The notes beneath the pieces are model-generated. The model did no database searches. It was not told the DNA's origin and saw only the letters and a program-made list of their open reading frames with translations. Both the position numbers and the translations under genes were made by a program. Of a stretch of 64,000 nucleotides of DNA, positions 19,967-29,206 are shown one piece after another; positions within the stretch are counted from its first letter, which is position 1; every line of letters begins with the position of its first letter. Source of the stretch: Vitreimonas sp. (GTDB lineage Bacteria; Patescibacteriota; Microgenomatia; UBA1400; PJMF01); NCBI GenBank assembly GCA_035627515.1, contig DASPLQ010000012.1, forward strand, positions 714,331-778,330, given 5' to 3'.

Positions 19967-21426
19967 ACCCTCCACACCAATGATGGATTGTGTTCTTTTG
20001 GCACTGAGAGGGCGAGGTCAGTTTCTACACCGGGTGGTGGTCCACCTTGCCAAGTGAGTAAGAGGAACATTTCGTTTTCAGGGTATTTTTCTCGATACTT
20101 TTCAACTTGTGTGGTTTGTATGTCGTCGGCGCCGATAATCTTCATGTTTTTATGTTGTGCATACCGGATATTAAGACCATTGGGAAGCACGCCCAGTGGA
20201 TTATCAACGAGAATAACTACTTTTTGATCTTGGTGGGAATCGAAAAATGTATAGAGCTCAGGCAACCCTGTCCCCGAAAAATTCCCCTCGAAAAACTGCA
20301 GCCGCTCTAGTGCAGGAAGTTTAGCAGAGTCAGGATTTATAAGCACGGTATAAGTGGTGAAAATTTGTACTGAAAAGAAGGCCACTAAAGCAAAGGGAAG
20401 TAAAGTGTGTTTTACGGCGAGTGTATTTCTCACTTGCATCAGCCCGTGAGCGCTGAGTATCACCAATGGCCAACACATAAACAACACGTAGCGGGGAAAG
20501 AGTTGTTTGCCGTACAAAATTAAGGCCAGGATCGGGATTAAAAAGTGAGCCAACAGGAAAAAGGTTTCCCGATATTTTTGCTTTTTTAGTAGTACTCCCA
20601 CAGGCGCGAAAAGAAAAATACCTAGACCAAGATAGCCAAATAACCAAGAAGTGATGTTTTTGGTATTTTCAAACACACCACTCACTGGATCTTGGATCAC
20701 TTCAGCTGTCGTGCGGATGAAGAGATGGTTTTTCTGTGCGATCACGGGGAAGTATGTGGATAGTCGCAGCAGCGTCCCGATTCCTAGTGCTACTGAAATG
20801 CTAAGTGCAAAAAGGCAAATAAGCTTCAGAATTTCTGAACGGGTTTTATTAAGAGCGAATAGTGTGGCAGGAGCTGACAGTAACAGAAAAAAAGTGGCTG
20901 AGGATTTAGTCAATAGCCCCAAACCCATCACCACACCTAACCCCAGTGCAACTAAGATGCTGCCTCGTTTTGCTAATATGACTGCCAAGTAGCACGAAAA
21001 AATGCTCAGGCAGAGCAACAAGCCATCCATCAGAGCCAAGACATCATAGATTAGAAAAAAAGGCAGGATCAGATAAAGCACCAGCGCCAGGTGGGCTGTT
21101 TGTTTATCAAAAAATTCTTTGGTCACTAAATAAACACCAGTGAATGAACCGAACGCCGCACAGAATGACACTAACCGCCCAGCCACGATGGGGTTGGCTA
21201 TGAAATGCATGAAGACTGATGTGAGCCAGATAAATAGGGGTTGTTTGCCATCGATGAGTGAGATCCAGATATTAAAGCGGAAGTTTCGTAGCAGTTGCTG
21301 AGCCCAGTAGAGATAAATGGCTTCATCACCAAACAACGGAAAGCGAATCAATACCACTAATCGGGTGAGGAGAAAGAGGGAAAAGAGAAACAACAGGAAA
21401 CGATACTTTTTGAGGACTTCCATCAA
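19951..21426 (-). CDS. GT-C glycosyltransferase, ArnT/PMT (GT39/83)-like
   Basis: N-terminal FPLFGDEAIYLYWAQQL (the DE motif of ArnT/PMT); more than 10 predicted TM helices; 491 aa. Confidence 0.7.
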   Translation of the reverse strand: MMEVLKKYRFLLFLFSLFLLTRLVVLIRFPLFGDEAIYLYWAQQLLRNFRFNIWISLIDGKQPLFIWLTSVFMHFIANPIVAGRLVSFCAAFGSFTGVYLVTKEFFDKQTAHLALVLYLILPFFLIYDVLALMDGLLLCLSIFSCYLAVILAKRGSILVALGLGVVMGLGLLTKSSATFFLLLSAPATLFALNKTRSEILKLICLFALSISVALGIGTLLRLSTYFPVIAQKNHLFIRTTAEVIQDPVSGVFENTKNITSWLFGYLGLGIFLFAPVGVLLKKQKYRETFFLLAHFLIPILALILYGKQLFPRYVLFMCWPLVILSAHGLMQVRNTLAVKHTLLPFALVAFFSVQIFTTYTVLINPDSAKLPALERLQFFEGNFSGTGLPELYTFFDSHQDQKVVILVDNPLGVLPNGLNIRYAQHKNMKIIGADDIQTTQVEKYREKYPENEMFLLLTWQGGPPPGVETDLALSVPKEHNPSLVWRVYRVK

Positions 21427-21461
21427 TTCATTCTCTACTTCGCTTTCTGATGTCGCAATAG

Positions 21462-21893
21462 CTAAACTCTAACATAGCTCATCTCAAGATCTTTTCTCCA
21501 GGTTGCCCCTTTATCCTCAGATGCTTCTGCGACAGAGTGTAATCCGTAGGTGTTAATCTTGAGAGTAATACGTTGATAGAAGTCCGTATCATCTCTCCAA
21601 AAGAACATTTTTTCCCCGTCGAAGGTCATGTTAAAAATACGAGCTACGCCGCGTTGATCGTAGTAAAACGCCTGATATTTTTCTTGAGGGTCACTATAGC
21701 CTATCACCCAGATATCTTCAGGTTTTTTGTCGGCAGCAGTATTTCGGAGTACAACAAAAGCATCATTAAGTCGTTCGATACTGGTAGAGCCCGTTATTTT
21801 GGTATCCATACTCTCTAGGAACCAAGAGTTATACATAGTGTATTTCCATTCACCAATAAAAGGATCGAGTGCTGCCAACGCTTTATTTTTCAT
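21462..21893 (-). CDS. hypothetical protein (143 aa)
   Basis: ORF with no recognised motif. Confidence 0.4.
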   Translation of the reverse strand: MKNKALAALDPFIGEWKYTMYNSWFLESMDTKITGSTSIERLNDAFVVLRNTAADKKPEDIWVIGYSDPQEKYQAFYYDQRGVARIFNMTFDGEKMFFWRDDTDFYQRITLKINTYGLHSVAEASEDKGATWRKDLEMSYVRV

Positions 21894-21936
21894 ATCTATA
21901 ATGATACCAAAAATATACAGGTGATATACTCAGGAT

Positions 21937-22548
21937 ATGAATAAAGTTACCAGTGGCTTAACAATATCTTTGGATGGGTTTGGAGCAGGCATAAATCAAA
22001 CTTTCGAAAGACCGTTTGGAGACAACTTTGATGCAGACCTACTGGATCGGTGGATGTTTGCTGAGCCGGAAAAGCAGAAACATACCAAAGAAATAGACGC
22101 TATTTTAGATGCAGGCGCGTTCATTATGGGTAGTAATATGTTTGGACCTAAAGATCGAAGAGCCAGTGCAGAATGGAAAGGGTGGTGGGGAGACAACCCT
22201 CCGTATCACGCTCCGGTTTTTGTGCTCACCCACCAGGAGCGCGAACCAATAACAATGGCCGGTGGAACGACGTTTACTTTTGTGACTGACGGCATTGAAT
22301 CGGCGCTTTCTCAAGCAAAAGCAGCAGCCGGAAATCGAGATGTGAAGATTATGGGTGGCGCCAGTACTGTTAATCAATACTTGGCGGCAGGACTTATTGA
22401 TGAACTGTGGCTCCATATAGTTCCTGTCACCGTTGGTGCAGGCTCGCGGCTTTTTGAGGGAGTGCCCAATCTCAAGCTAGAAGCGGTCGAAGTGAGTGGG
22501 ACCAGCATCGTCACTCACATCAGGTATAACGTTTTTTCTACATACTGA
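21937..22548 (+). CDS. dihydrofolate-reductase-like protein (RibD C-terminal domain family)
   Basis: LTISLDGF, IMGSNMFG and IMGGASTVNQYLAAGLIDELWLHIVPVTVGAG motifs. Confidence 0.7.
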   Translation: MNKVTSGLTISLDGFGAGINQTFERPFGDNFDADLLDRWMFAEPEKQKHTKEIDAILDAGAFIMGSNMFGPKDRRASAEWKGWWGDNPPYHAPVFVLTHQEREPITMAGGTTFTFVTDGIESALSQAKAAAGNRDVKIMGGASTVNQYLAAGLIDELWLHIVPVTVGAGSRLFEGVPNLKLEAVEVSGTSIVTHIRYNVFSTY

Positions 22549-22820
22549 TGACAGTTCCTTTTGGGAAGTATTTTTTGCTAATATTAATGTATGTATTTTT
22601 TCGTGTAAAGTATATTTGTGCGTACACTTAAGCAGCTAATAGTTTCCCTCTTCCATTGGCCGAAACGCCAGCCGCTCAGCAGGTTAAGATCAGCATTGAG
22701 GAGGGGGCTAAATTACATCCTGATCAAAAAACTAGCTAGATATCTCCAATCATTTTCTTACCAAAACATTTTAAATCTAAGAGACGTGCTGACTATAATC
22801 CATGCTATGGAGATACGGGA

Positions 22821-23570
22821 ATGCAGATTTATATTGGGACTTCAGGTTTCACACTTCAGAACTTTTATGAGCCGCAGGTTAAATCAGCTGATAAGTTGGC
22901 GTACTATGCTCAACATTTCACCACCGTGGAAATCAACTCCACCTTTTATCACTTACCACGCTTAACTACATTACAAAAGTGGCAACAAGCTGTTGGTCCT
23001 GATTTTGTTTTTACTTTTAAGGTAAATCAGGATATTACTCATCAACCGTCATATATCCTCAATCAGGAGATAGTTAATAAATGGTTTGAGGTTTTTGAGA
23101 CCTTTGCTACCACTGACAAGCGGCATTTGATGCTTTTTCAGTTCCCAGCACATCTGGATTATGAAGAGAAGTATTTTAAAGACTTGGTAGCACTTTTGCC
23201 TGAAACTTTTAAATATGCTTTTGAGTTCAGAAATACTTCATGGTTTGTTCACCCGGTTTTTGAAGTAATAGACAAGAAACAAGCTACTATTGTGATAGCT
23301 GATGGGCCGGTGAAGAGAAATGGTCAACCAAGGTGGCCCAAATTTAGTTTAGATTCAGCACCATTTACTTATATTCGTATGCACGGTCAGCCTCAGCTCT
23401 ATCATTCTTCGTATTCTGACGAAAAGCTAGACCGATGTGCGGACTTCATTTTAAGCAGACAGAAAAAATCACTTGCCACCTATGTATATTTTAATAATGA
23501 TGCTAGCGGTCACGCAGTTGCGAATGCTCAGACACTACAAACTCTATTAGAAGAAAAGAGACATTCTTAA
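22821..23570 (+). CDS. DUF72 (YecE-like) family protein
   Basis: MQIYIGTSGF...YAQHFTTVEINSTFY matches the DUF72 N-terminal signature. Confidence 0.75.
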   Translation: MQIYIGTSGFTLQNFYEPQVKSADKLAYYAQHFTTVEINSTFYHLPRLTTLQKWQQAVGPDFVFTFKVNQDITHQPSYILNQEIVNKWFEVFETFATTDKRHLMLFQFPAHLDYEEKYFKDLVALLPETFKYAFEFRNTSWFVHPVFEVIDKKQATIVIADGPVKRNGQPRWPKFSLDSAPFTYIRMHGQPQLYHSSYSDEKLDRCADFILSRQKKSLATYVYFNNDASGHAVANAQTLQTLLEEKRHS

Positions 23571-23613
23571 CATCATGCTAAAATAAATAAGAACAAGCAA
23601 CTAAGAAAATCTT

Positions 23614-23964
23614 ATGTCCCACCATCGAATTTATACTACGAGTGTGGCGAGTGTTTACCCACATTATGTGACAAAAGCTGAGAAAAAAGGGCGGACAAAG
23701 GCAGAAGTGGACAAAATTATTGGTTGGTTGACGGGGTATACTCAGAAACAGCTAGAAGAAGAATTAAAAAAAGAAACAGACTTTGAGACATTCTTTGCCA
23801 AAGCTCCTCGCTTGAATCCTTCACGGTCTTTAATTACAGGGGTAGTATGTGGTGTTCGTATAGAAGAGATTGAGGAACCTACCATGCGAGAAATTCGCTA
23901 TTTAGATAAACTCATTGATGAGTTAGCAAAAGGGAAAACCATGGAGAAGATTTTGCGGAAGTAA
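23614..23964 (+). CDS. DUF2200 family protein
   Basis: [39 protein letters not shown] is characteristic of DUF2200. Confidence 0.65.
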   Translation: MSHHRIYTTSVASVYPHYVTKAEKKGRTKAEVDKIIGWLTGYTQKQLEEELKKETDFETFFAKAPRLNPSRSLITGVVCGVRIEEIEEPTMREIRYLDKLIDELAKGKTMEKILRK

Positions 23965-23968
23965 ACAT

Positions 23969-24280
23969 ATGACTAAAACTATTTCCAGCGGTGTAGTACA
24001 TGAAGTACCAGCAGACTTGCGAAGTGTTTTAACTTCCAGCCCGAAAGCGTTGGCTCTCTGGGAGGATCTGACGCCGTTAGCTCGCAACGAGTGGATTTGC
24101 TGGGTCGAATCCGTTAAAAAAGAAGAGACTAGAAAGCATCATATTGTGAGAGTCGTTACCGAACTCATAGAAGGAAAACGCCGGCCATGTTGCTGGTTAG
24201 GGTGTATTCATCGCATAGATAAACAGATCAGTCCTTCTGTGCAGGGGATTCTCAATAAACGGCGTAGAGACACGCTATAA
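23969..24280 (+). CDS. YdeI/OmpD-associated family protein
   Basis: LALWEDLTPLARNEWICWVESVKKEETRKHHIVRVVTEL motif. Confidence 0.65.
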   Translation: MTKTISSGVVHEVPADLRSVLTSSPKALALWEDLTPLARNEWICWVESVKKEETRKHHIVRVVTELIEGKRRPCCWLGCIHRIDKQISPSVQGILNKRRRDTL

Positions 24281-24295
24281 TACCCTCACTCGCCT

Positions 24296-26533
24296 ATGCA
24301 AACAGAATATATTGTCATTAAAGGTGCTCGCGAAAATAATTTGCAAGATGTTTCGCTACGCATTCCCAAAAGAAAAATCACTATTTTTACTGGTGTTTCT
24401 GGTTCTGGAAAATCTTCGATTGTGTTCGACACGATTGCGACTGAAGCTAAACGGCAAGAGTATGAAACTTTTAGTATGTTTATTAGAGGTTTTCTGCCTA
24501 AGTATTCTCAGCCAGATGCGGAAGCGATCGAAAATTTAAGCATGGCGATTGTCGTTGATCAAAAAAGAATGGGGGGTGGCTCTCATTCCACCATGGGTAC
24601 TATTACTGATATTTACACTATTTTACGCTTACTATTTTCACGCGTTGGACAACCTCATGCTGGTGCTGCACACATTTTCTCTTTTAATGATCCACAAGGC
24701 TGGTGTCCGGAATGTAATGGTCTAGGCAAGAAAATTGCGATTAATACTGAAGGTTTCTTAGACATGGAGAAATCTCTTAATGAAGACGCTGTCCAAGTGC
24801 CTTTATTTTCCAACTGGGAAAAAGAAGCCTATCGAGGTTCAGGTTTTTTTGACAATGACAAAAAATTGAAAGACTTCACTAACGAAGAAATGGAGTTGTT
24901 GTTACATGGCAAAGATCTAAAATTTAAACTCCAAATTGGTGCTAATACCATGAACGCTACCTATTTAGGTATTATCGAAAAGCTGACCCGCTCGTACATT
25001 AAACGTGATCTCAAAACCCTCTCCGAACGCACGCAAAAAATGGTAGCACCTTATCTTCACTATGGTCCTTGTACTGAATGTCATGGTGCTCGGCTCAATC
25101 AAAAAGTGTTGAGCAGTAAAATAAATGGCTACAACATTGCTGATTTGTCAGCGATGGAAGTTGGAGAGTTAATCAAAGTTATTAAAGAAATTAAAGACCC
25201 GGTAGCAACTTCGATCGTGAAAACACTCACCGAGCGATTGCAACATGTGATTGATATAGGTTTGGAGTACATGAGCTTGAATCGTGAAACAGACACGCTT
25301 TCTGGTGGTGAATCTCAACGCATTAAGATGGTCAAACACTTAAGTAGTAGTCTAGTAGATGTGACATATATCTTTGATGAGCCAAGTGTGGGGCTTCATC
25401 CCCGAGATGTACACCGGCTGAATGAGTTGCTCCAAAAGCTACGCGATAAAGGTAACACAGTGATTGTGGTGGAGCATGACCCTGATGTAATTAAAATTGC
25501 TGATCACATCGTAGATGTGGGGCCTCACGCTGGTAGCCGCGGAGGCCAAATTGTATTTGAAGGCAGTTATCAAGACTTACTCAAAGCCAAGACTTTGACC
25601 GGCATACATCTCCAACAAACATTACCAATTAAAAGCACTTTTCGCAGCGCCACTGGCGCACTTTCTATCACCAATGCCAGTGCTAATAACTTGAAAAAGG
25701 TGAGTGTTAAAATTCCGACTGGTGTATTGACGGCTATCACTGGTGTAGCTGGTTCTGGTAAAAGTTCACTGATCCATGAAGTGTTTTTAAAACAACATCC
25801 GGATGCAATTGTGATTGACCAATCAGCAGTGGGTGCCAATTCTCGCTCCAATCCCAGTACTTATACAGGTATCATGGACGATATTCGCAAAGCCTTTGCT
25901 GAGGCTAATAAAGTCTCACCGGGACTATTTAGTTTTAATTCCCAGGGCGCCTGTGAGAACTGTCAGGGACAAGGCGTGGTCTATACAGATTTAGCTTTCC
26001 TTGAGGGTGTTAAAACCCCTTGTGATGTCTGTAGTGGTAAACGCTTCAAAGATGAAGTCTTAGCCTATACCTTGGACGGAAAATCAATTGCGGATGTATT
26101 AGAGATGAATGTGGACGAAGCCTTAAATTTCTTTAGTCTCAAAGAAGTGGTGAAAAAGTTGCAAGCGATGCAAGATGTTGGTTTAGGGTATCTAAAGTTA
26201 GGACAGCCACTCAATACGCTTTCCGGTGGTGAGTGTCAAAGAATTAAGTTGGCAAGTGAGTTGCATAAAAAAGGCAGTGTCTACGTTCTGGATGAGCCTA
26301 CCACAGGTTTGCACATGAGTGACATCACTCACCTGTTGGAAATCATGAATCGCCTAGTTGATGCTGGTAATACAGTACTAGTGATCGAGCATAACCTCGA
26401 TGTGATTCGTAATGCTGATTGGCTTATCGATATGGGTCCAGAAGGTGGGCACAAAGGTGGGCAAGTCATGTTTGAAGGTACACCTAAGGATCTGAAGGCT
26501 GATAAACACTCATTAACCAGCAAATATATTTAA
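24296..26533 (+). CDS. UvrA-like ABC ATPase (class II UvrA paralog lacking the UvrB-binding domain)
   Basis: Two ABC cassettes (GVSGSGKSS and GVAGSGKSS Walker A, two LSGGE signature motifs) and Zn-finger Cys pairs CPECNG and CDVCSGKR. 745 aa, against about 940 aa for canonical UvrA. Confidence 0.85.
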   Translation: MQTEYIVIKGARENNLQDVSLRIPKRKITIFTGVSGSGKSSIVFDTIATEAKRQEYETFSMFIRGFLPKYSQPDAEAIENLSMAIVVDQKRMGGGSHSTMGTITDIYTILRLLFSRVGQPHAGAAHIFSFNDPQGWCPECNGLGKKIAINTEGFLDMEKSLNEDAVQVPLFSNWEKEAYRGSGFFDNDKKLKDFTNEEMELLLHGKDLKFKLQIGANTMNATYLGIIEKLTRSYIKRDLKTLSERTQKMVAPYLHYGPCTECHGARLNQKVLSSKINGYNIADLSAMEVGELIKVIKEIKDPVATSIVKTLTERLQHVIDIGLEYMSLNRETDTLSGGESQRIKMVKHLSSSLVDVTYIFDEPSVGLHPRDVHRLNELLQKLRDKGNTVIVVEHDPDVIKIADHIVDVGPHAGSRGGQIVFEGSYQDLLKAKTLTGIHLQQTLPIKSTFRSATGALSITNASANNLKKVSVKIPTGVLTAITGVAGSGKSSLIHEVFLKQHPDAIVIDQSAVGANSRSNPSTYTGIMDDIRKAFAEANKVSPGLFSFNSQGACENCQGQGVVYTDLAFLEGVKTPCDVCSGKRFKDEVLAYTLDGKSIADVLEMNVDEALNFFSLKEVVKKLQAMQDVGLGYLKLGQPLNTLSGGECQRIKLASELHKKGSVYVLDEPTTGLHMSDITHLLEIMNRLVDAGNTVLVIEHNLDVIRNADWLIDMGPEGGHKGGQVMFEGTPKDLKADKHSLTSKYI

Positions 26534-26535
26534 GG

Positions 26536-26563
26536 CCTCTCTCACAAAAAAGGAACTCTTGCG
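26536..26563. terminator. bidirectional Rho-independent terminator
   Basis: AAAAAA-GGAACTC-TTGC-GAGTTCC-TTTT: a perfect 7-bp stem, 4-nt loop, flanked by an A-tract and a T-tract, between convergent genes. Confidence 0.7.
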
Positions 26564-26592
26564 AGTTCCTTTTCCATAACTTAAGTAAATTT

Positions 26593-27078
26593 TTATTGTG
26601 CTAAGACAGCATCCAGTTGTCGGTGACCCATCGCTAAGCCTTCGGCCATACCCATCTCCATTAATTGATTCATACTCGCTACGTCTTTAAAAATTATGAC
26701 TGTTTTAACTCTAGTCTGGCCTTCTTTTTCAATGAACTCAGTTTTAAATTGTGATACTGGCATGGTAGTGTTTCGGTTACCTTTGTCATCGGCAAATGAG
26801 TCCCAAGCGGTAAAGTTATCCTGAGGATTAATACTTTCGTACTCCATCATCGACCAATGTTTCTCATTATTGGGGCCAGCCATGTAATAATGCCACTTAC
26901 CACCTTCAGTAAAAGAGAATGACTCAGTCACGGCTTTATAAGGTTCTGGTGCCCACCATTTTTCTAGTATCTTACTATCAGTCCAAGCGGTCCACACTTT
27001 TTCTTTGCTGGCAGCAAATTGTCTTTCTATAGTGAGGGTTTTGTCAGCCTCATTTTTGATAAAAACTGTTTCAAACAT
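26593..27078 (-). CDS. SRPBCC/AHSA1-domain protein
   Basis: KVWTAWTDSKILEKWWAPEPYK...GGKWHY is typical of the Aha1-like SRPBCC family. Confidence 0.7.
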   Translation of the reverse strand: MFETVFIKNEADKTLTIERQFAASKEKVWTAWTDSKILEKWWAPEPYKAVTESFSFTEGGKWHYYMAGPNNEKHWSMMEYESINPQDNFTAWDSFADDKGNRNTTMPVSQFKTEFIEKEGQTRVKTVIIFKDVASMNQLMEMGMAEGLAMGHRQLDAVLAQ

Positions 27079-27096
27079 AGCTGTTCTCCTAATTAA

Positions 27097-27423
27097 TTAT
27101 TTAGTACTTTCTAAAAGTTCATCGAGGGCTTTAAAACGCTCATTCCAGACTTTCTCTAACTTACTTAGATCAGCTGTGACAAGAGCAAGTGTTTCTGGTG
27201 AAGCACTCACTAACTGCTGTTTGCCTAACTTGCGCTTCCGGACTAAACAGGCAGTCTCTAAAACTGCCACGTGCTTCGCTACGGCTGCAAATGACATATC
27301 GTACGGTTGAGCGATATCTTTGATAGGTAATTCCTGCTGAGCTACTCGCAGTAAAATGTCTCGACGTGTGGGGTCTGAGAGTGAGTAGTATGCTGCGTTT
27401 AATAATGAATTATATTCAACCAT
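27097..27423 (-). CDS. ArsR/SmtB family transcriptional regulator
   Basis: LSDPTRRDILL...QPYDMSFAAVAKHVAVLETACLV HTH. Classic ArsR-AHSA1 operon pair. Confidence 0.75.
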   Translation of the reverse strand: MVEYNSLLNAAYYSLSDPTRRDILLRVAQQELPIKDIAQPYDMSFAAVAKHVAVLETACLVRKRKLGKQQLVSASPETLALVTADLSKLEKVWNERFKALDELLESTK

Positions 27424-27485
27424 ATAGTTGAATGATAAATGTTGAGAAATAAAAAGTCAACAGCATCATCTGCTAAAATAGCAGG

Positions 27486-28043
27486 ATGAAGACCTATATA
27501 CTGCTTTTACGTGGCATTAATGTGGGAGGCAAGAATAAAGTTCCCATGGCCGATTTGAAGAAATGCCTGGTAGATATGGGGTTTAGTAATGTTTCTACTT
27601 ATATAGCCAGTGGCAATGCGATTATTGATTCCGATCAGAACCCTAAAGTAATACAGTCTCAGGTAGAAAAAGCGCTCATAAAAAACTTCAAGTTAGATAG
27701 TGAGCTCATCAAAGTGTTAGTTTTGACTCGTGATGAACTCCAAGCAGTGATTGAACATAAACCTAAAGGATTTGGTGAACAGCCCGACAAATATCACAGT
27801 GATGTCATTTTTCTAATGGAAATTGAGGCAGCTCAGGCTATGTCAGTGTTTGATCCGCGTGAGGGTGTGGACAAGGTGTGGCCAGGAAAAGGAGTCATTT
27901 ACTCTCAGCGGCTCAGCTCAGAACGAACCAAAAGTCGACTCAATAAGATTGTAGCTTCACCACTTTATAAATCGATGACCATACGCAACTGGAACACTAC
28001 CACTAAACTACTAAAACTTATCTCCGGTGACAAAACAATATAA
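27486..28043 (+). CDS. DUF1697 family protein
   Basis: YILLLRGINVGGKNKVPMADLK N-terminal signature. Confidence 0.7.
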   Translation: MKTYILLLRGINVGGKNKVPMADLKKCLVDMGFSNVSTYIASGNAIIDSDQNPKVIQSQVEKALIKNFKLDSELIKVLVLTRDELQAVIEHKPKGFGEQPDKYHSDVIFLMEIEAAQAMSVFDPREGVDKVWPGKGVIYSQRLSSERTKSRLNKIVASPLYKSMTIRNWNTTTKLLKLISGDKTI

Positions 28044-28068
28044 CTTCTTAACCTGCTAGAATAGCCAT

Positions 28069-28602
28069 ATGAATAATCTTTCTGTACAGATTCTCCTTAA
28101 CCAATTGCAAGGTGCTCATAAAGCAATTGAAGAAACTATGGAAGGGGTGACCGATGAAGTGGCTCACTTCATGCCGCCTGGCACTGCCAACCCCATTGCT
28201 GGTACCTATGCTCATTTGATCTTTTCCGAAGATTTGTTTCTCAATAGCTTTCTAAAAAAAACTCAGCCTATGTGGGAAACTAGCTTTAAAGACAAAACAG
28301 GGGCCAGTGAAATTCAACCCAGTGATTGGCAGGTGGCTTATCCTAAATGGTTAAGAGAAGTAAAAGTTGATATCAAACAACTCAGAATATATGCCAAAGC
28401 TGTTTTTGAAGAGACAGAAAAATACGTCGCTTCATTATCAGAAGCTGATTTAGAAAAAGAAGTGGATATGAGTGCCTTCGGGATGGGCAACAGAAAAGTC
28501 CATGATTTTATTGCTAACTTAATAAGCGGGCACGTATACCCAATTATGGGTGAAATCTCCGTCTTAAAAGGAATCCAAGGTCTCAAGGGTTATCCATTTT
28601 AA
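28069..28602 (+). CDS. DinB/YfiT-like (DinB_2) four-helix-bundle protein
   Basis: His-containing helices (HFMPPG, YAHLIFSED, GHVYP) typical of the DinB_2 metal-binding family. Confidence 0.55.
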   Translation: MNNLSVQILLNQLQGAHKAIEETMEGVTDEVAHFMPPGTANPIAGTYAHLIFSEDLFLNSFLKKTQPMWETSFKDKTGASEIQPSDWQVAYPKWLREVKVDIKQLRIYAKAVFEETEKYVASLSEADLEKEVDMSAFGMGNRKVHDFIANLISGHVYPIMGEISVLKGIQGLKGYPF

Positions 28603-28621
28603 TTTAAACTGTTGAAAGTGG

Positions 28622-28858
28622 CTAGTCTTCGGCAAGCGCAGCAAAGGCTTTTTTAGTTCTTAGGTACCACCCTATACCGGAGATGGGATTTCTCCATCGG
28701 CCTTGCATGTCTTTGAGGGCACTTTGGTGAGTTTCATCCCCGCTAGCCACCTTTTCCTTTAGATGTGCATCCTGGGCTTTAATTACCTCATCAGCACTAT
28801 TTCCTTGAAAAGCATGTTCACATGGGCCGCCTAGTTGTTTACAAGTCATAGTTTTCAT
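28622..28858 (-). CDS. DUF1059 family small protein
   Basis: MKTMTCKQLGGPCEHAFQGNSADEVIKAQDAHLKEK matches DUF1059. Confidence 0.6.
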   Translation of the reverse strand: MKTMTCKQLGGPCEHAFQGNSADEVIKAQDAHLKEKVASGDETHQSALKDMQGRWRNPISGIGWYLRTKKAFAALAED

Positions 28859-28925
28859 ATTTAGCGCTTCCTCTTTTTAGATATGAATAATTTATGATAT
28901 CAGATCTTCTTTACCTATCTGACAG

Positions 28926-29174
28926 CTACAGCCCTAAGATTTCCGCTAAATCACCAACGGCCAGTGTTCCCCACATAATTACTAGACCAACGATGACTTT
29001 TAAGGCGAAGGGAATCGTGAAACCCAGGTTTTTTTGGAGAATTTTATTTGTCACCGGAAAGTAAATCAAAGATAGAACAAGATAGAAAACTCCGGGAACA
29101 GGATGGACTAAAAGTAAATTTAAAACACCGATTACAAAAAAAATAATACCAAAGAGCCAATTAATTATATGCAT
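28926..29174 (-). CDS. small membrane protein (82 aa)
   Basis: Three hydrophobic helices; no motif recognised. Confidence 0.35.
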   Translation of the reverse strand: MHIINWLFGIIFFVIGVLNLLLVHPVPGVFYLVLSLIYFPVTNKILQKNLGFTIPFALKVIVGLVIMWGTLAVGDLAEILGL

Positions 29175-29206
29175 ACATTATTCTCCTAAGGTTTTTTAGC
29201 TGCTCA

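Noticed and set aside
8046-19970. Prophage or integrative element with an intact integrase
   Set aside because: No tyrosine or serine recombinase, terminase, capsid or other phage structural motifs in any ORF. Only att-like repeats and cargo genes remain.
22618-22965. 115-aa ORF overlapping the start of the DUF72 gene
   Set aside because: Arg- and Leu-rich low-complexity translation overlapping a motif-supported CDS; most likely spurious.
24312-24539. Short ORFs (60-100 aa) nested in or antisense to strong genes: inside uvrA-like, rpoD (4703-4903, 5200-5427), gdhA (3489-4033), ABC-F/membrane (34132-34848), the OLD gene, and others
   Set aside because: They overlap well-supported long CDSs in other frames, have no motifs, and show composition typical of off-frame translation.
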